From the NCBI GenBank assembly GCA_030390025.1, contig CM059425.1, forward strand, positions 176,082,001 through 176,146,000: a DNA stretch of 64,000 nucleotides. The letters are read 5' to 3'. Under the pieces are notes generated by a model, which was not told where the DNA came from, made no database searches, and saw only the letters and a program-made list of their open reading frames with translations. This document shows positions 46,293 through 58,489 of this stretch, one piece after another. Position numbers and translations under genes: made by a program. The stretch is from Squalus acanthias (Eukaryota). Within the stretch, counting starts at the first letter, position 1. Every line of letters begins with the position of its first letter.

Positions 46293-49200
46293 GGGCTCGA
46301 TTTTACCAGGCCCGAGGAGGCGGGTTTGGAGGCGTGTGAGTTATCAAAATCGCAAAAAATGGCGGGTGGGTCCAATCCCGCCTTCATCCCGCCTCTGAGC
46401 AATTTTCCCAGATTTGTGGTTTTAGAGCCCATTTCCATCACGCCTCCAAGAGGCGGGATAGGCCCTTAAGGCCCTTAACAACCAGTTAAGTGCCTCTTTA
46501 ATCCCATTTTGAGAGGCCTTTCTGATTTTAACACATTTCCCCCGTCCTGCACGTCTCCTCTGGAACACACCAGTTAATCCTGGCGGCCTCACAAGTGCAT
46601 TGCTTACTAACAGCTGCAGCTCCACCATTAAAAAGGAATTTTCACCAATGGTCATTTGTAGGTGGCAGAACTTTGTTGTTTCAGGTCTGGGGGAACTTTT
46701 AGCAGGCATACTCATTGTTGTGGAAGTTTGGAGCCTGACACCCATCTCCAGTGTGATCTCCTGGGAAACCCCTCTCCCCACCTTGACTGAGCGCTTCCTC
46801 AAATGAGGTATATAGCAGAAGCATGGGAACCATTTATTTCCTTTCCTCCTGGACATCAGATTCGGACGAAGATCAGCCACGGCAGCAGCAGAACCCTGAA
46901 CAACAGCACCTCCAACAGCAGGAGCAACAACAGGAGCACTAAGCTGCTGCTCACCCACCTGAAACTGCACAGGCCAGAAGGCGCCAGCGCACAACCACAT
47001 TGCTGCCCAAGATGCAAGGGTCGCACTCATGTTGGCCAGATTTGCTTAGCCTGCACAATCAAACACTTTTGCCTCGCACCTTCTTACCAGAGCATTGACA
47101 ATGGACAAGAACCTGCGGATTCCTATCACTCTGACCACCATACTGACAATTGCAAGTCACCCTAAGCCCTCAATCTGGAAGTCCCATTTGCGAAATGACA
47201 CAGGCCACAACTTCAACAGTTTGCCATCAAATCTGTTTATCATAAAAATTCAAGGATGGCTTGTCAAAAATCAATACAACAGAACACCCAAGTGACTACC
47301 CTTGTGACTACTTGTGCTTCATCGTCCTCTTACGCGTGCTCCTACGTGGTGCTTCCCCTGTGGCTTCAGCAGATGTGGAGGCCCCTTGCTCACTTTCTTG
47401 CTGCTCCTGTCTCGACACCTTTGGCGGCCGTCCTCTGGAGTTGCGAACCTGTGAGGGCTCGGCAACAGTCTGCTGCTCCTGCGGCTGTGCAGGGGCTGAG
47501 ACGCCCATCTCAGTTGGGTGAGGACTCTGGTGGGACTCTGAACGAGGGCTTTGCAGTGGCATGGTCGTGTGAGCGCTTGGCGAGGAGCCCCCACTTCCTT
47601 GTTATCTGCCACCAACATCCCTCTCATGGGTCAGCCCCACTTCAGAGCTAGCAAGTGGCTTGACAGCACCTTGCTGCACTTCAGGGGGGCCATGAGGACC
47701 CGTTTCTGCACTGGAAGTCCTACTCCAGAGGACTTCCATGAAGGTCTGGTTTCTATGCTCAATAGCTGACCATCGCTCCTCGAGAGATGTCAGTCTATTC
47801 TGAACAATGACCATGTTTTCAATACCCTGGCAATTAAGCTCCTCCATGGCCGTAGCCATCCTCTCCTCTACCGTAGCTATCCTCTCCTCTATGGTAGCCA
47901 GCCTTACCATGGAGGTATCCATCCTTTCCACGGAGGTTGCCATCCTTTCCGTGGTGATGCGTTCATGCGCCAATGTCTCCACAAAGGCTCTGCTCATGTT
48001 CACGATGGACTCCTCCATTCGCTCCACACTCGCAGCGACCCTGGAGACAAAACCTGCCAGAGACTCCTGCACCTGTTCCTGGAGTTCCAGCACCGCTCTC
48101 CTTCTGGATGGACCCGGAGGCACAGGGTCGACATGCAGCTGAGCCGAGCTGGCAGAGTCCTGCGCCCTCTGACGAGGACTCTCCACTGCTGTCCCTGTCT
48201 CCACCATCTGCTGATGCTCACTTGTGATCTGTGATACACCAGGTGACAACACTACTCTATCTCGCGAAGGTCCCACCGAGGTGTGAGTGTCTGCGCTGGT
48301 GCTGGGTGCGCTGAATTCTGCTGACGCTGTGCCCTCAGAGGTTGCAGCTTCCTCTGAGGAGTCTTGAGGCTCAGGCTGTTCCTCCTGGACAGTGGGGACG
48401 GGCCTCTCGATGGTCCTGTGGGGGAGTAAAGGAAAGAGTTAGAGATGTGAGGTAAAGGCTGCACGCACATTGAATTGTGCAGATGATCATAAGTCAATCT
48501 GTTAGAGCATCAGAATTATTATCAGTCACTCATGCAATGTCAATGAAAGAGATGCTAAACTATTCTGTCACCAGCTTGCTGTGATGCGCCTGTCTGTCCG
48601 TCCCCCACTTGCGAATCGTCCTCCACTCTGGCGATCTCCAGGGCCACCTCCTCCGAAGTGGTGAGCTGGGCTACTGAGGGTGGCCCTCCTCCTGTCCTCG
48701 CTCTTTCCCTCTTATTGTGGGCTCTCTTTTCCTGCAATGAGGGACACAAGTGGAGTTTGAGTGAGAATGAGGAGTGAGTGTAGAGAATCCATAGCATAGA
48801 TGCTTAGAAGGAGTCAAAGGGCCCTCCCTGTGTGTTGTAAGTTGTTGTCATTGCATCACAGTGATAGGGAGTGTGAGAGCTGCATGGTCGAATAGTTAAG
48901 TGAATGTGACCATAGAGAGAGAGGGAATGGGTAAGGGTGCAGGGATGTAAGGGTCAAGTGGGATGTGGAGAAAGAGGTTGGCAAAGCAGAGTGCTGGTGA
49001 TGAGACGCGATGGGGATGAGATTGAGGTTGATGGGAATGTCATACTCACTTTTCCTGTGCGGAGAAGGTCATGAAACCTCTTCCTGCACTGCAGCCAGGT
49101 TCTGCTGCACATAGAAATTGCGTTTACCTCTTGGGCTACTTGCAGCCACACAGCTTTAGTCTGCTGGGGAGGCTTTTTCCTCCCTGAGGAAGGGAAGAGC

Positions 49201-49570
49201 ACCTCCTTATTTGCTCTTGCTTCCTCCACCAGAGCTTGGAGGGAGGCCTCATCGAATCTTGGAGCACACTTTGGTCTACTGGTGGACATAAGTGGTGAAG
49301 GAAGCGCTCAGAACAATGGGCATAAAGTTTAAAGGCTGAAAAAGAAGCAAGGCTGCTTGCAGGCCTTAAATCCAGCAGCATTGATGATGTCATCGGAGGC
49401 GGCTTTCTGTATGAAAAGGCTCATTGGGCCAGGGGTTTCCACACGCTGGAAATCAAGTGCCCAATTCGGGCAAAATCGCACTTTTGTCCCACTTCACATC
49501 GGAGTCGGGATCCTGACACGACGACCACCTGACACGCCCCCAGCCCGCCCCCAATGGCAAAATCCAGCCC
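46293..49570 (+). mobile_element. PIF/Harbinger (copy D), nuclease deleted, Myb gene retained
   Basis: TSD ATA at 46290-46292 and 49571-49573; TIRs GGGCTCGATTTT / AAAATCCAGCCC. Confidence 0.9.
47308..49289 (-). pseudogene. Harbinger Myb/SANT gene, copy D (exons 49289-49050, 48731-48572, 48415-47308)
   Basis: GT-AG junctions; Myb/SANT exon, coiled coil, RGRPPK and PRRSTRKR; -1 frameshift near 48400 and a stop at 47602. Confidence 0.88.
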
Positions 49571-49686
49571 ATATGCTACACAATCAATATTTGCCATCAC
49601 TTTTTTTAACTACAGTGACAAAAAGATCACAATGCAAGTACAAGCAGAAAAATCATGACAAAACACCCAAGTGACTCCCGTTGTGA

Positions 49687-52684
49687 CTATAGGTGCTTAA
49701 TCTTTCTCTTACGCGTGCTTCTACGTGGTGCTTCCCCTGTGGCTTCAGCAGATGTAGAGGCACCTTGCTGACTAGGATGCTGCGCCTGCTTAGACGCCTT
49801 TGGCGGGCGTCCTCTGGGTTTGGGAGCCTGGGAGGGCTCTTCAGCAGTCTGCTCTTCCTGCGGCTGTGCAGGGGCTGAAACGGCCATCTCAGTTGGCTCT
49901 GCAAAGTGGGTGTCTGAGCAAGGGCTCCGCAGTGACATGGTCGTGTGAGCACTTGGAGAGGAGCCCACACTTCCTTGTTGCCTGCCACCAACATCTCTCT
50001 CATGGGTCAGCCGCACCTCCGTGCTGGCAAGTGGCAGGAGAGCACCTTGCTGCACATCAGGGGGACCATGAGGACCCGTATCTGCACTGGCAGTCCTCAT
50101 CACAAGGACATCCATGAAGCTCTAGTCTCTCTGCGCAATAGCTGCCCATCTTTCCTCCAGAGATGACAATCTATTTTGAACACTCACCATGTTTTTGTTA
50201 CTCTGGCGACTTATTTCCTCCACGGAGGTTGCCATCCTATCCATGGAGGTGCGTTCATGCGCCATTGCCTCCACCAAGGCAGTGATCATGTTAGAGATAG
50301 ACTCCTCCATTCTCTGCATACTCGCACTTACCCTGGAGGCAAACCCTTCCAGAGACTCCTGCACTTGTTCCTGTATTTCCCGAACTGCTCTCTTTCTGGA
50401 TGGCCCCAGAGGCACAGCGTCTGCCTGCAGCTCAGCAGAGCTAGGAGATTGCTGCAACCTCTGACGAGGACTCTCCACTGCTGTTGCTGTCTCCACCATC
50501 TGCTGATGCTCACTTGTGCACTGTGATAGACCAGGTGACAACACTACTCTAAGTTGCAAGGGCCCCGCCGAGGTTGTGCGTTTCTGCGCTGGTGCTGGGT
50601 GCGCTGAGTCCGGGTGACGCTGCTCCCTCAGAGGCTGCAGGTTCCTTTGAGGAGTCGTCTGGCTGTTCCTCCTGGACAGTGGGGAGGAGACACTTGATGG
50701 TCCTGTGGGAGAGTAAAAGCATGAGTTAGACATCTGATTTTGATGTAGCAGACACATCCTTTCGTGCAGATGATACAAAGCGAATCTCTGTGAACATCAT
50801 ATGCCATTGCAGTCAATCATTAAAAGTCAATGAGAGGGATGAAACTCTATTCTGTCACCAGCTTTGTCTAGTGTTCCCGTCTCTCCATCGCCCACTTCCA
50901 GATCCTCGTCACCTCCAACAATCGTGTTTGCTGCCTCCTCAGCACTGGTCAATGTTGCTAGGGTAAGTGTTCCTCCTCCAGTCATTGCTCTCTCCCTCTT
51001 ATTGTGGGCTATCTTTTCCTGCAAGGAGGGACACAAGCGGCGTTTCAACCACAGTGATGGAGTGAGTGTGAAGAATCCCTAACATAGATGCTTAGAAGGA
51101 GACCAAGATGGAGTGAGGTGCCAAGAGGAAGCTAGCTCCCTCTACTTTGTTGGTTGTTGTCAATGCATAACAGTGAGAGCGAATGTGAGGGGTGCATAGG
51201 CAGGTTGGTGAAATTATTCAGTACAGAGACAGAGATGGATAGGTTGAAGGGATATTTACTAGTCCTAGCCCTTTGGGGTTATCCCGGATCAGGCGTATTT
51301 CTCAGACCTTCACTTTCAACTAAAGTTTGAGGTAGCCGAATCCTAAAGACGCTTAATTGGGTCCAAAGGTCCAGGCTATCTCTCCCTAAAGGAAAGGAAC
51401 AACCTGAGAATGTTACTGTCCTCCAGATAGTGCTTTTAATAAGTTTAGCTAGACTGTAACGTCCCGGATATTATGAGGGTCCGGAGAACTCCTTCAGAAT
51501 TATGTAACTCTTCATCAAAGAGTGTACAGAGATTGCGTTCGCGAGTTATTGATACAGAAGACTTATGTGAGACAATTCTAAAAATATATAAAGATTTATT
51601 AAAAGAACCGACATGCAATTTACAGTTGGTGAATCAGTCAATCGCAACGTTAACAGTTCTAAAAAGAGAAAAAATACGATATTATTAACAGAATTTTACT
51701 TTCAAATCTTAACTTCGCTACAGTATTGCAGATTTAAAATTTCTATACAGGATATCCATCAATATCAAATACCTTTGATCCCCGAGGTACAAAGAGTGGT
51801 AGACCACAGAGCCGCCTCTGTAGCCGAGAATCGCTTTGCCCGATTAAAGCGACTCTGATATCCCATTTGACACTTCAATATTTATACCCTTTTTCATGGT
51901 ATTTCCTTTAAAGTTTCTGCTGACCCAAGTTAATTATCCCTATTCATCTTTCTGCTGACCTCTGCAATTCTTTACTGCTACATCAGTTTATAATATTCCA
52001 GAATCTTGTCGCATCTCAAGTTGTTCTGGGTTCACCATATAAAACGGTGTGAAGGGCAGGTATCTCTTATTTTATGTTATCTTTACGAGGGCAGATGTTC
52101 CTTATCTTACGTGCCATCTTTACGAAGTTTAAATTAAAACAACTTATCCAGGGTGGACCATTGATTTTGTTCCCAAAAGTCAGCTACTCGGAGCCATGCA
52201 CCTTCTGTTTCAATAAGGTTATTTATTCAGGGTCAACAAATTGTCCTGTTTCAATAAGGCCAGAATTCTTTCATAAGATAGTGTATTTTTCTAAATACGT
52301 TATATGGCTTATTCCTTCACAAGGTAAGGGTGCAAGGGAAGTAAGGGTAAGGTGGGATGTGGAGGAGCAGGCTTACAAAGCAGAGTGCTGGTGATGAGAA
52401 GAGAAGGGAAGCAGTGATGGGAGACTCTGTGATGGGAGACTCACTTTTGATAATCGCAGAAGATCATTAAAGCGTTTCTTGCACTGGATCCATGTGTGTG
52501 AACACACGGACCTTGCGCTGACCCCCTCAGCAATGCGCAGCCAGGCTGCCTTGGTCTGCTGAAGAGGCTTCCTCCAGCCTTCCGGAGGGAAGAGAATCAC
52601 CCTGCGCCCTCTTACTGCCTCAACAAGAGCATGGAGGGACTCATCATTGAAGCATGGAGCTGCCTTGCCTCTGGAAGCACTCAT
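49687..52684 (-). pseudogene. Harbinger Myb/SANT gene, copy C (exons 52684-52445, 51018-50859, 50702-49687)
   Basis: Same 240/160-nt exon sizes as the other copies; frameshifts in exon 3; solo LTR in intron 1. Confidence 0.88.
51245..52321 (-). mobile_element. Solo LTR (1077 bp)
   Basis: TGAAGG...CCTTCACA; TSD AGGT at 51241-51244 and 52322-52325; paralogous introns lack it; minus-strand TATAAA (~51885) and AATAAA (~51598). Confidence 0.85.
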
Positions 52685-52958
52685 TGTAGCTCTCACAAAT
52701 GCACACACCATCAGAATCCAGAGCACAAAGGCTGAGGCTGAATGAGACCATTGAAAGCATCTGCAATTATGACGTAATCTGAGGCGGCTAACAGACCCGA
52801 TCACAGTCATTGGACCGGCCAGCGCGCCCCAATGAAGTTAACAAGGTCATTTAATTAAAATCGGAAAACCACAGCTGATCCAGCCGGCAGCGGGACCGGA
52901 ACCCGCCCAGCACGTAACCCGACTCCAAGCCACCTCGTGAAATAAAATCGCAGCCTAA

Positions 52959-53223
52959 GGCTCAGATTTTAACTCCAGGAGTTAACCCGCTCAAGCCTGA
53001 GTTAAAATTGCAGTCGGGTCTCAATTATATTATTGGGCCACAACATGCATATGTAAAGTAGGACCCTGTTGGCTCCGGCTGTGTGTCCTTGCTGCCTGCT
53101 TAAGAGAGCAGGTTAAAATTGCAAATGTTGCAATCATGGTGGGTTTTGGACCGGTAAGAGCCAGGGCGATTTTAACTGCCCACCCGCCAGTTTTCTGCAG
53201 AGTGAGTAGGGTTAAAATCGCCT
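52959..53223. mobile_element. Harbinger-like MITE
   Basis: GATTTTAAC ... GTTAAAATC inverted ends and repeated GTTAAAATTGCA. Confidence 0.55.
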
Positions 53224-53466
53224 CAAGTTTCACCTGAGAATGGACGGATAAATCCTGAATCCACTGATAAAGTACTTCAAGGAATTCAGATAGGTAGCAT
53301 GACATTGTAGCTTACATTTTCTGAATGAATACTAGCTCCAATCTGTATGTTGACTACAATTTTTTTCTGGTATATTAGTGCAGAAATCTCATTAAATAAT
53401 GGAAACGCTTTGAAAAAATTGCTATTTCTACATAAATAGAAAATAAGCGAGAGTTTCTGTTAACAT

Positions 53467-53584
53467 AGCCTGACATCAGTAGTAGGGAAAATGCTCGAAT
53501 CTATTATTAGGAACGTGGTAACAGGGCACTTAGAAAATCAGAATATGATTAGGCAGAGTCAACACGGATTTATGAAAGGGAAAT
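53467..53584 (+). mobile_element. Short CR1 RT fragment
   Basis: SLTSVVGKMLESII...IRQSQHGFMKGK. Confidence 0.75.
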
Positions 53585-54922
53585 GCTAGCTTTAAGTAAA
53601 GCTAGCCTTGTGCGAACATTGTGAACTTCGGCCCCCTGCTGTGCACACAGCCTGTCAGCAGCGCGTTCAGTGCTGGGCTGTGTGCTGCAATCATGTAAAG
53701 TAGCAGGCAGCATAAATTTTATGTGCTGCCTGAACTCCTTTCAATGGGCACGGGCAGATCACGCATCGCAATCCTCGCACCCCTTTTTGGGCCTAATCGA
53801 ATTTCACCCCCCCTCTATATCTTAAATTTAGTGCTGAAAAAATGTCTCATATCCTCCGCTCACAGTTCCAAATGACATCCTAAGAATTAAATTCAGTTAA
53901 TTGTATATTAATGTTCCACAACTCTGAGGAAACCACTTGAAAAAAATTAGAATTACAAAATCTGAACTAGAAAATATTTTTTATAATTTACAGAAGGATG
54001 TTTTGATTAGAATGCAAAAGAGGAAGAAAGATATTAGCATATGGATAAAAAAAACTACTTTGCATTCAGTGTAACAGAATTAAATAAATTTAAATCATAT
54101 GCCAAATTTTATTCTTCAAAACAATTTTTAAATAGAAGAAACATTTAAGTATTGCAGCCAAAATTGTTTCTGTTTTCCGAAATTATTGTTGGAAAGGGGA
54201 AAACCAGAAGTCCCCTGCTTCATTTTTGTCACAATGACTTTATATACGTAACAATTATATATTTTTTACCATGACTTAAATCATCATGTCATAAGCTTTC
54301 AAGCAAACAAAACAGGATTATTAAAATCAAGCTCAATGTTTATTTAGTGGCATTTGCAATGATGGTGTGCTCAATGCACTTGGTTCCCCTTGGTGCCCCT
54401 ATAAGGTGTGCTTGTCCTACTCTTAACCCAGGACTGTGTTTATGTCCTCCCTGAAAAGGAGGAGTAACTGTGGTGGCAGGTTCAGTTTGGGTTGGGAACC
54501 CGGTTGGGACGGTCATAGCCTTGGATCTTTGGGTACACCGTCTTTCAATGTCCTGCAGCAGCTGCAGCCGTGCCTAATTATACCATGGCTGCCAACGCCT
54601 TCCTGCTCTCAGAAATGTCATCAGTCCTTTGACAGACCTGGTTGGAGTTATAGAACCAATACCATCCAGTGAAATGAGGTGAGAGATGGTATTTCCATCC
54701 TGTCCCCTCATTTTCTGGGACCACCAGGAGGCCTTCCTTTGCTCCGGGTACCATTGAGCCATGTATCTGGACCGTGATAGAAAATCCACACCATCCGAGA
54801 CAGGAGCAGTGCACTTGTATCAGAGAGGAGCAGGGGCAAGCAGGAAAATCTGGTTTATTGGCCTATAAATTGGATCACGCAGCCCGGTTTTTGGGTGAAA
54901 AATGGGCGCGAAAGTCCAATAT

Positions 54923-55678
54923 GGACTGCCAGTGGCCCTCAAGGTGACCGTGGCCCTGAATTCTTTTGACAGCAGATCTTTCCAGGCTGGAGCAGGCGAC
55001 AGAGCTAACATATTACAATTTGCTGTCCATCACTGCATCCGGGAGGTCACAGAGGCTCTGTATATAATGAAGGGACTTCATTATCTTCTCTCTGGCTTTG
55101 CGGGCACTACATATTAATGCTGAGATGTACTGCAACCGCAAAAGCTACCACTCTCTTCATGGACAGTTGGTATATGACCACACCCAGCACATCATGATGG
55201 TGGCTGCCTGGTATCCTAGCAGCAGTCATGATGCCTTCATCCTGTGCAATCCACTGTGCCAGCAATCTTCCAGTCAACATATCGAACTCGAGGTTGGCTG
55301 CCTGGCGACAAGGGATATCCGTTCTACACCTGGCTGCTGACACCTCTCTGCAACTCCACCACTCCTGGCCAGCACTCATATAGTGACAGCCAAGCTCCCA
55401 CAAGGATCCTCATTGAGCAGACCATTGGCGTGCTGAGGCAACGGTTCCGCTGTCTTGACAGCTCGTGAGGAGCTCTCCAGTACTCGTTGGAACGGGTGTC
55501 CCAATTTATGGTGGTCTGCTGCATCCTCCACAACTTAGCCATCATGAGGGTGCAGCCCTTGCCACCAAAGGTTCTGCAACCACCTCAGGAGGAGGAGGCG
55601 GAGGAAGAGGAAGAGGAAGAGGAGGAGGAGGAAGGGTGGGCTGTCTGTGAGCACATCATCAGACTCCGGTTCCCCTGA
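54923..55678 (+). pseudogene. Harbinger DDE nuclease remnant (older family)
   Basis: LPVALKVTVALN, NRKSYHSL, SHDAFIL, GDKGYP, IEQTIGVLRQRFRCL, CCILHNL, poly-E tail, GWAVCEHIIRLRFP*. Confidence 0.88.
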
Positions 55679-56344
55679 CTGAAACCCCAGAACCCGTTGC
55701 TCAACACTTCCCCACCTCACCATCCCTCCGTCACAGAACGTCACAGTGTCCTCTTAGGCACAATGCTAAAATGAAAGCCACCACAAAACAAGCATTCCAA
55801 GCATAAATTATAAATTAATAATTCAAATATAACATTACAAAGTCAACTAATCACCCTTGTGCATTCCCTTAGGCCGGGATTTTGCCAGTGCTCAGAGGGA
55901 TGGTTTGGAGACGGGTCGGGAGCAAAAATCCAAATGATTGACGGCGGGTTGCTAACCCACTGCCATCCCGCCTCCACGCAACTTTACAAAGTCTGTGAGT
56001 CCCGATCAGACCCGACACCAAACGGCGAGATAGGCACTTAAGGCAGTTAACAGGTTGTTAACTGCCTCGATAATCCCTTTTTAACTGGCTCTACCCATTT
56101 TAAGACATTTTCAGCGTGTTGCCCGTCATGCGACAAACACGCCAGCTGATTGTGCCGGGTTCAGCAAGTAGCTGAATTGTTGACAGCTGCTCCTGCAGCA
56201 TAAAAGCAGACCTGCAAAATGGCTGACTTTCAGATGACAGAACTTTGTGTTTTGAGGTTTTGGAACACATTTTGCAGGTCTATTGAGCTTGTGAGTGAGA
56301 AGTCGCACAACACCAGGTTATAGTCCAACAGTTTTATTTGAAAT

Positions 56345-56380
56345 CACAAGCTTTCGGAGCGGCTGCTCCTTCGTCAGGTG
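56345..56380 (-). ncRNA. Minimal hammerhead ribozyme
   Basis: CAC-CTGACGA-AGGAGC-AGCC-GCTCC-GAAA-GCTT-GTG. Confidence 0.8.
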
Positions 56381-56387
56381 AAGACTT

Positions 56388-56422
56388 CACCTGACGAAGG
56401 AGCAGTGCTCCGAAAGCTTGTG
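56388..56422 (+). ncRNA. Minimal hammerhead ribozyme
   Basis: CAC-CTGACGA-AGGAGC-AGT-GCTCC-GAAA-GCTT-GTG. Confidence 0.8.
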
Positions 56423-57362
56423 ATTTCAAATAAAACTGTTGGACTATAACCTGGTGTTGTGCGACTTCTCACTTATGTCCACCCCAGTCCAACACCGGCA
56501 TCTCCGCATCATGAGCTTGTGAGTGTTTAAGCTGATATCCATATGCACTGTGACCTCCTTGGAAAACCCTCTCCCCACATATAACATCTATTCCTCAACT
56601 GAGATATATACCAGCAGGATGGGAACCATTTATACCCTCTCATCCTGGTCCTCAGAATCGGAGGAAGAGCAGCCACGACAGCAGCAGAACCAGGCACAAC
56701 AGCAGCAGCAACAACAGGTGCGCCAACCTTCTCCTCAGTTACCTGATGCTGCACAGGGCAGAAGGCGTCAGCGCAGGGCTGCACCTCGCCGCAGGAGATA
56801 CCCCCAACACAGGGTTTACAGGCCGAGGATGAGCTTCCTCAACATGAGTGAGAAGCAGTACCAAAGGAGGCTGAGATTTACACGAGAGGTAGTCGCAGAC
56901 ATCTGCGCAATGCTGCACCAACACCTGGAGCCCAGAAGAGCGGGTGGCCACTCCTTACCAGTGGCTGTCAAAGTCACCACCGCACTCAACTTCTTTGCTT
57001 CAGGGTCCTTCCAGGCATAATCAGCAGACATCAGCGGCATCTCCCAGTCGGCCGCACACACTTGCATCATGCAAGTAACCAATGCCCTCTTTGCAAAGGA
57101 GCACAATTACATTCACTTCTCCACGGATGGCCCAAGTGTGACGGCGCGTGTGGTTGGCTTTGTAAATTTGGCAGGCTTCCCAAGGGTGCAGGGCATTGTA
57201 CACTGCACACATGTGGCCATTATCTTTTAAAGCCCAGGAAATTTATTAGTAATTGTAAGGTTTCATTAGTACTAGTTTACTAGCAGTAATAAATCTTATT
57301 AGGTGTAGTAGGGTTTGTTAATTATTAATTATTAAAAATAAATTAATTAAGACTCAATAAAG

Positions 57363-58307
57363 ATGGCTGGGCAGGTGATGTGTTGCGACTGCAGTATGTG
57401 GGAGTTCCTGTACGCCAGTGTGATCCAGGACGAACACGTCTGCGGTAAGTGTCTGTGGCTTGAGGAGCTTCAGCTCAGAGTTGATGAGCTGGAGGCTGAG
57501 CTGCGGACACTGCGATGCATCAGGGAGGGGGAAAGTTACCTGGACACTTTATTCCAGGAGGCAGTCACACCCCTTAGGATAGGGTCTTCTGATTTGGTCA
57601 GTGGTCAGGGACAGGAGAATGTGACTGCGAGTGAGGCAGGTATGGGGACCCAGGAGGTGGAGGAGCCTCAGCCTTTGCAATTGTCCAATAGGTTTGAGGC
57701 TCTTGCGGCCTGTATGGATGAAAGCGGTGGCTGCAGGGTGGATGAGCAAACTGACCATGGCACCGAGGTACAGGAAGCCATCAAGCGGGGGGAATTAATA
57801 GGAATGTAGTGGTAATTGGGGGATAGATAGGGGGATAGATACAGTTCTCTGCGGCCAAGAGCGAGAGTCCAGACAGCTGTGTTGCCTGCCCGGTGCCAGG
57901 GTTCAGGACATCTGCTCTGGGCTGGAGAGGAACTTGCGTGGGAGGGGGAGGAGCCAGTGGTCATAGTCCATGTAGGTACCAATGACATAGGTAGAACTAG
58001 GAAAGAGGTTCTGCTGAGAGAGTATGAGCAGCTCGGGGCTAAATTAAAAAGTAGAACCTCAAGGGTAATAATGTCTGCATTATTACCTGAGCCACGAGCA
58101 AATTGGCATAGGGTAAATAAAATTAGAGAGATGAATGCATGGCTCAAAGACTGGTGTGGGAGAAATGGGTTTCAATTCCTGGGGCACTGGCACCAGTACT
58201 GGGGAAAGTGGGATCTGTACCGTTGGGACGGTCTTCACCTGAACCGTGCTGGGACCAGTGTTCTGGCGAGTCATATAACTAGGGCGGTAGAGAGGGCTTT
58301 AAAGTAA
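57363..58307 (+). pseudogene. CR1 ORF1 (zinc finger/leucine zipper + SGNH esterase), frameshifted
   Basis: CCDCSMW...CGKC; VHVGTND; DGLHLN. Confidence 0.9.
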
Positions 58308-58489
58308 ATATTGGAGGCATGGGATCAAATTTGGGAAGATGTGGTAATTCAAAGATTAGAGACAAGGCAATAGAGAAAGGTATTAATATGGGAAATGTTA
58401 AACAGACCGTGACAGGAAGGGATAGAGAGTACAAATCGAACAGTAAATCAACAGATAAGGCTAGAGGTTACAAAAATAATAAAAGGACA

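Larger units (their letters stand above)
45337..52955 (+). mobile_element. PIF/Harbinger (copy C), nuclease deleted; contains copy D and a solo LTR
   Basis: TSD TAA at 45334-45336 and 52956-52958; termini GGGCTCGATTTT / AAAATCGCAGCC; nuclease start (~45868) joined to the poly-Glu tail (~45945-46015). Confidence 0.82.
56298..56511. mobile_element. Palindromic mini-PLE insertion (two inverted pLTR ends + tail)
   Basis: Hairpin centred at 56384; TSD TGAGCTTGTGAGTG at 56284-56297 and 56512-56525; empty site in the paralog at ~39050. Confidence 0.93.
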
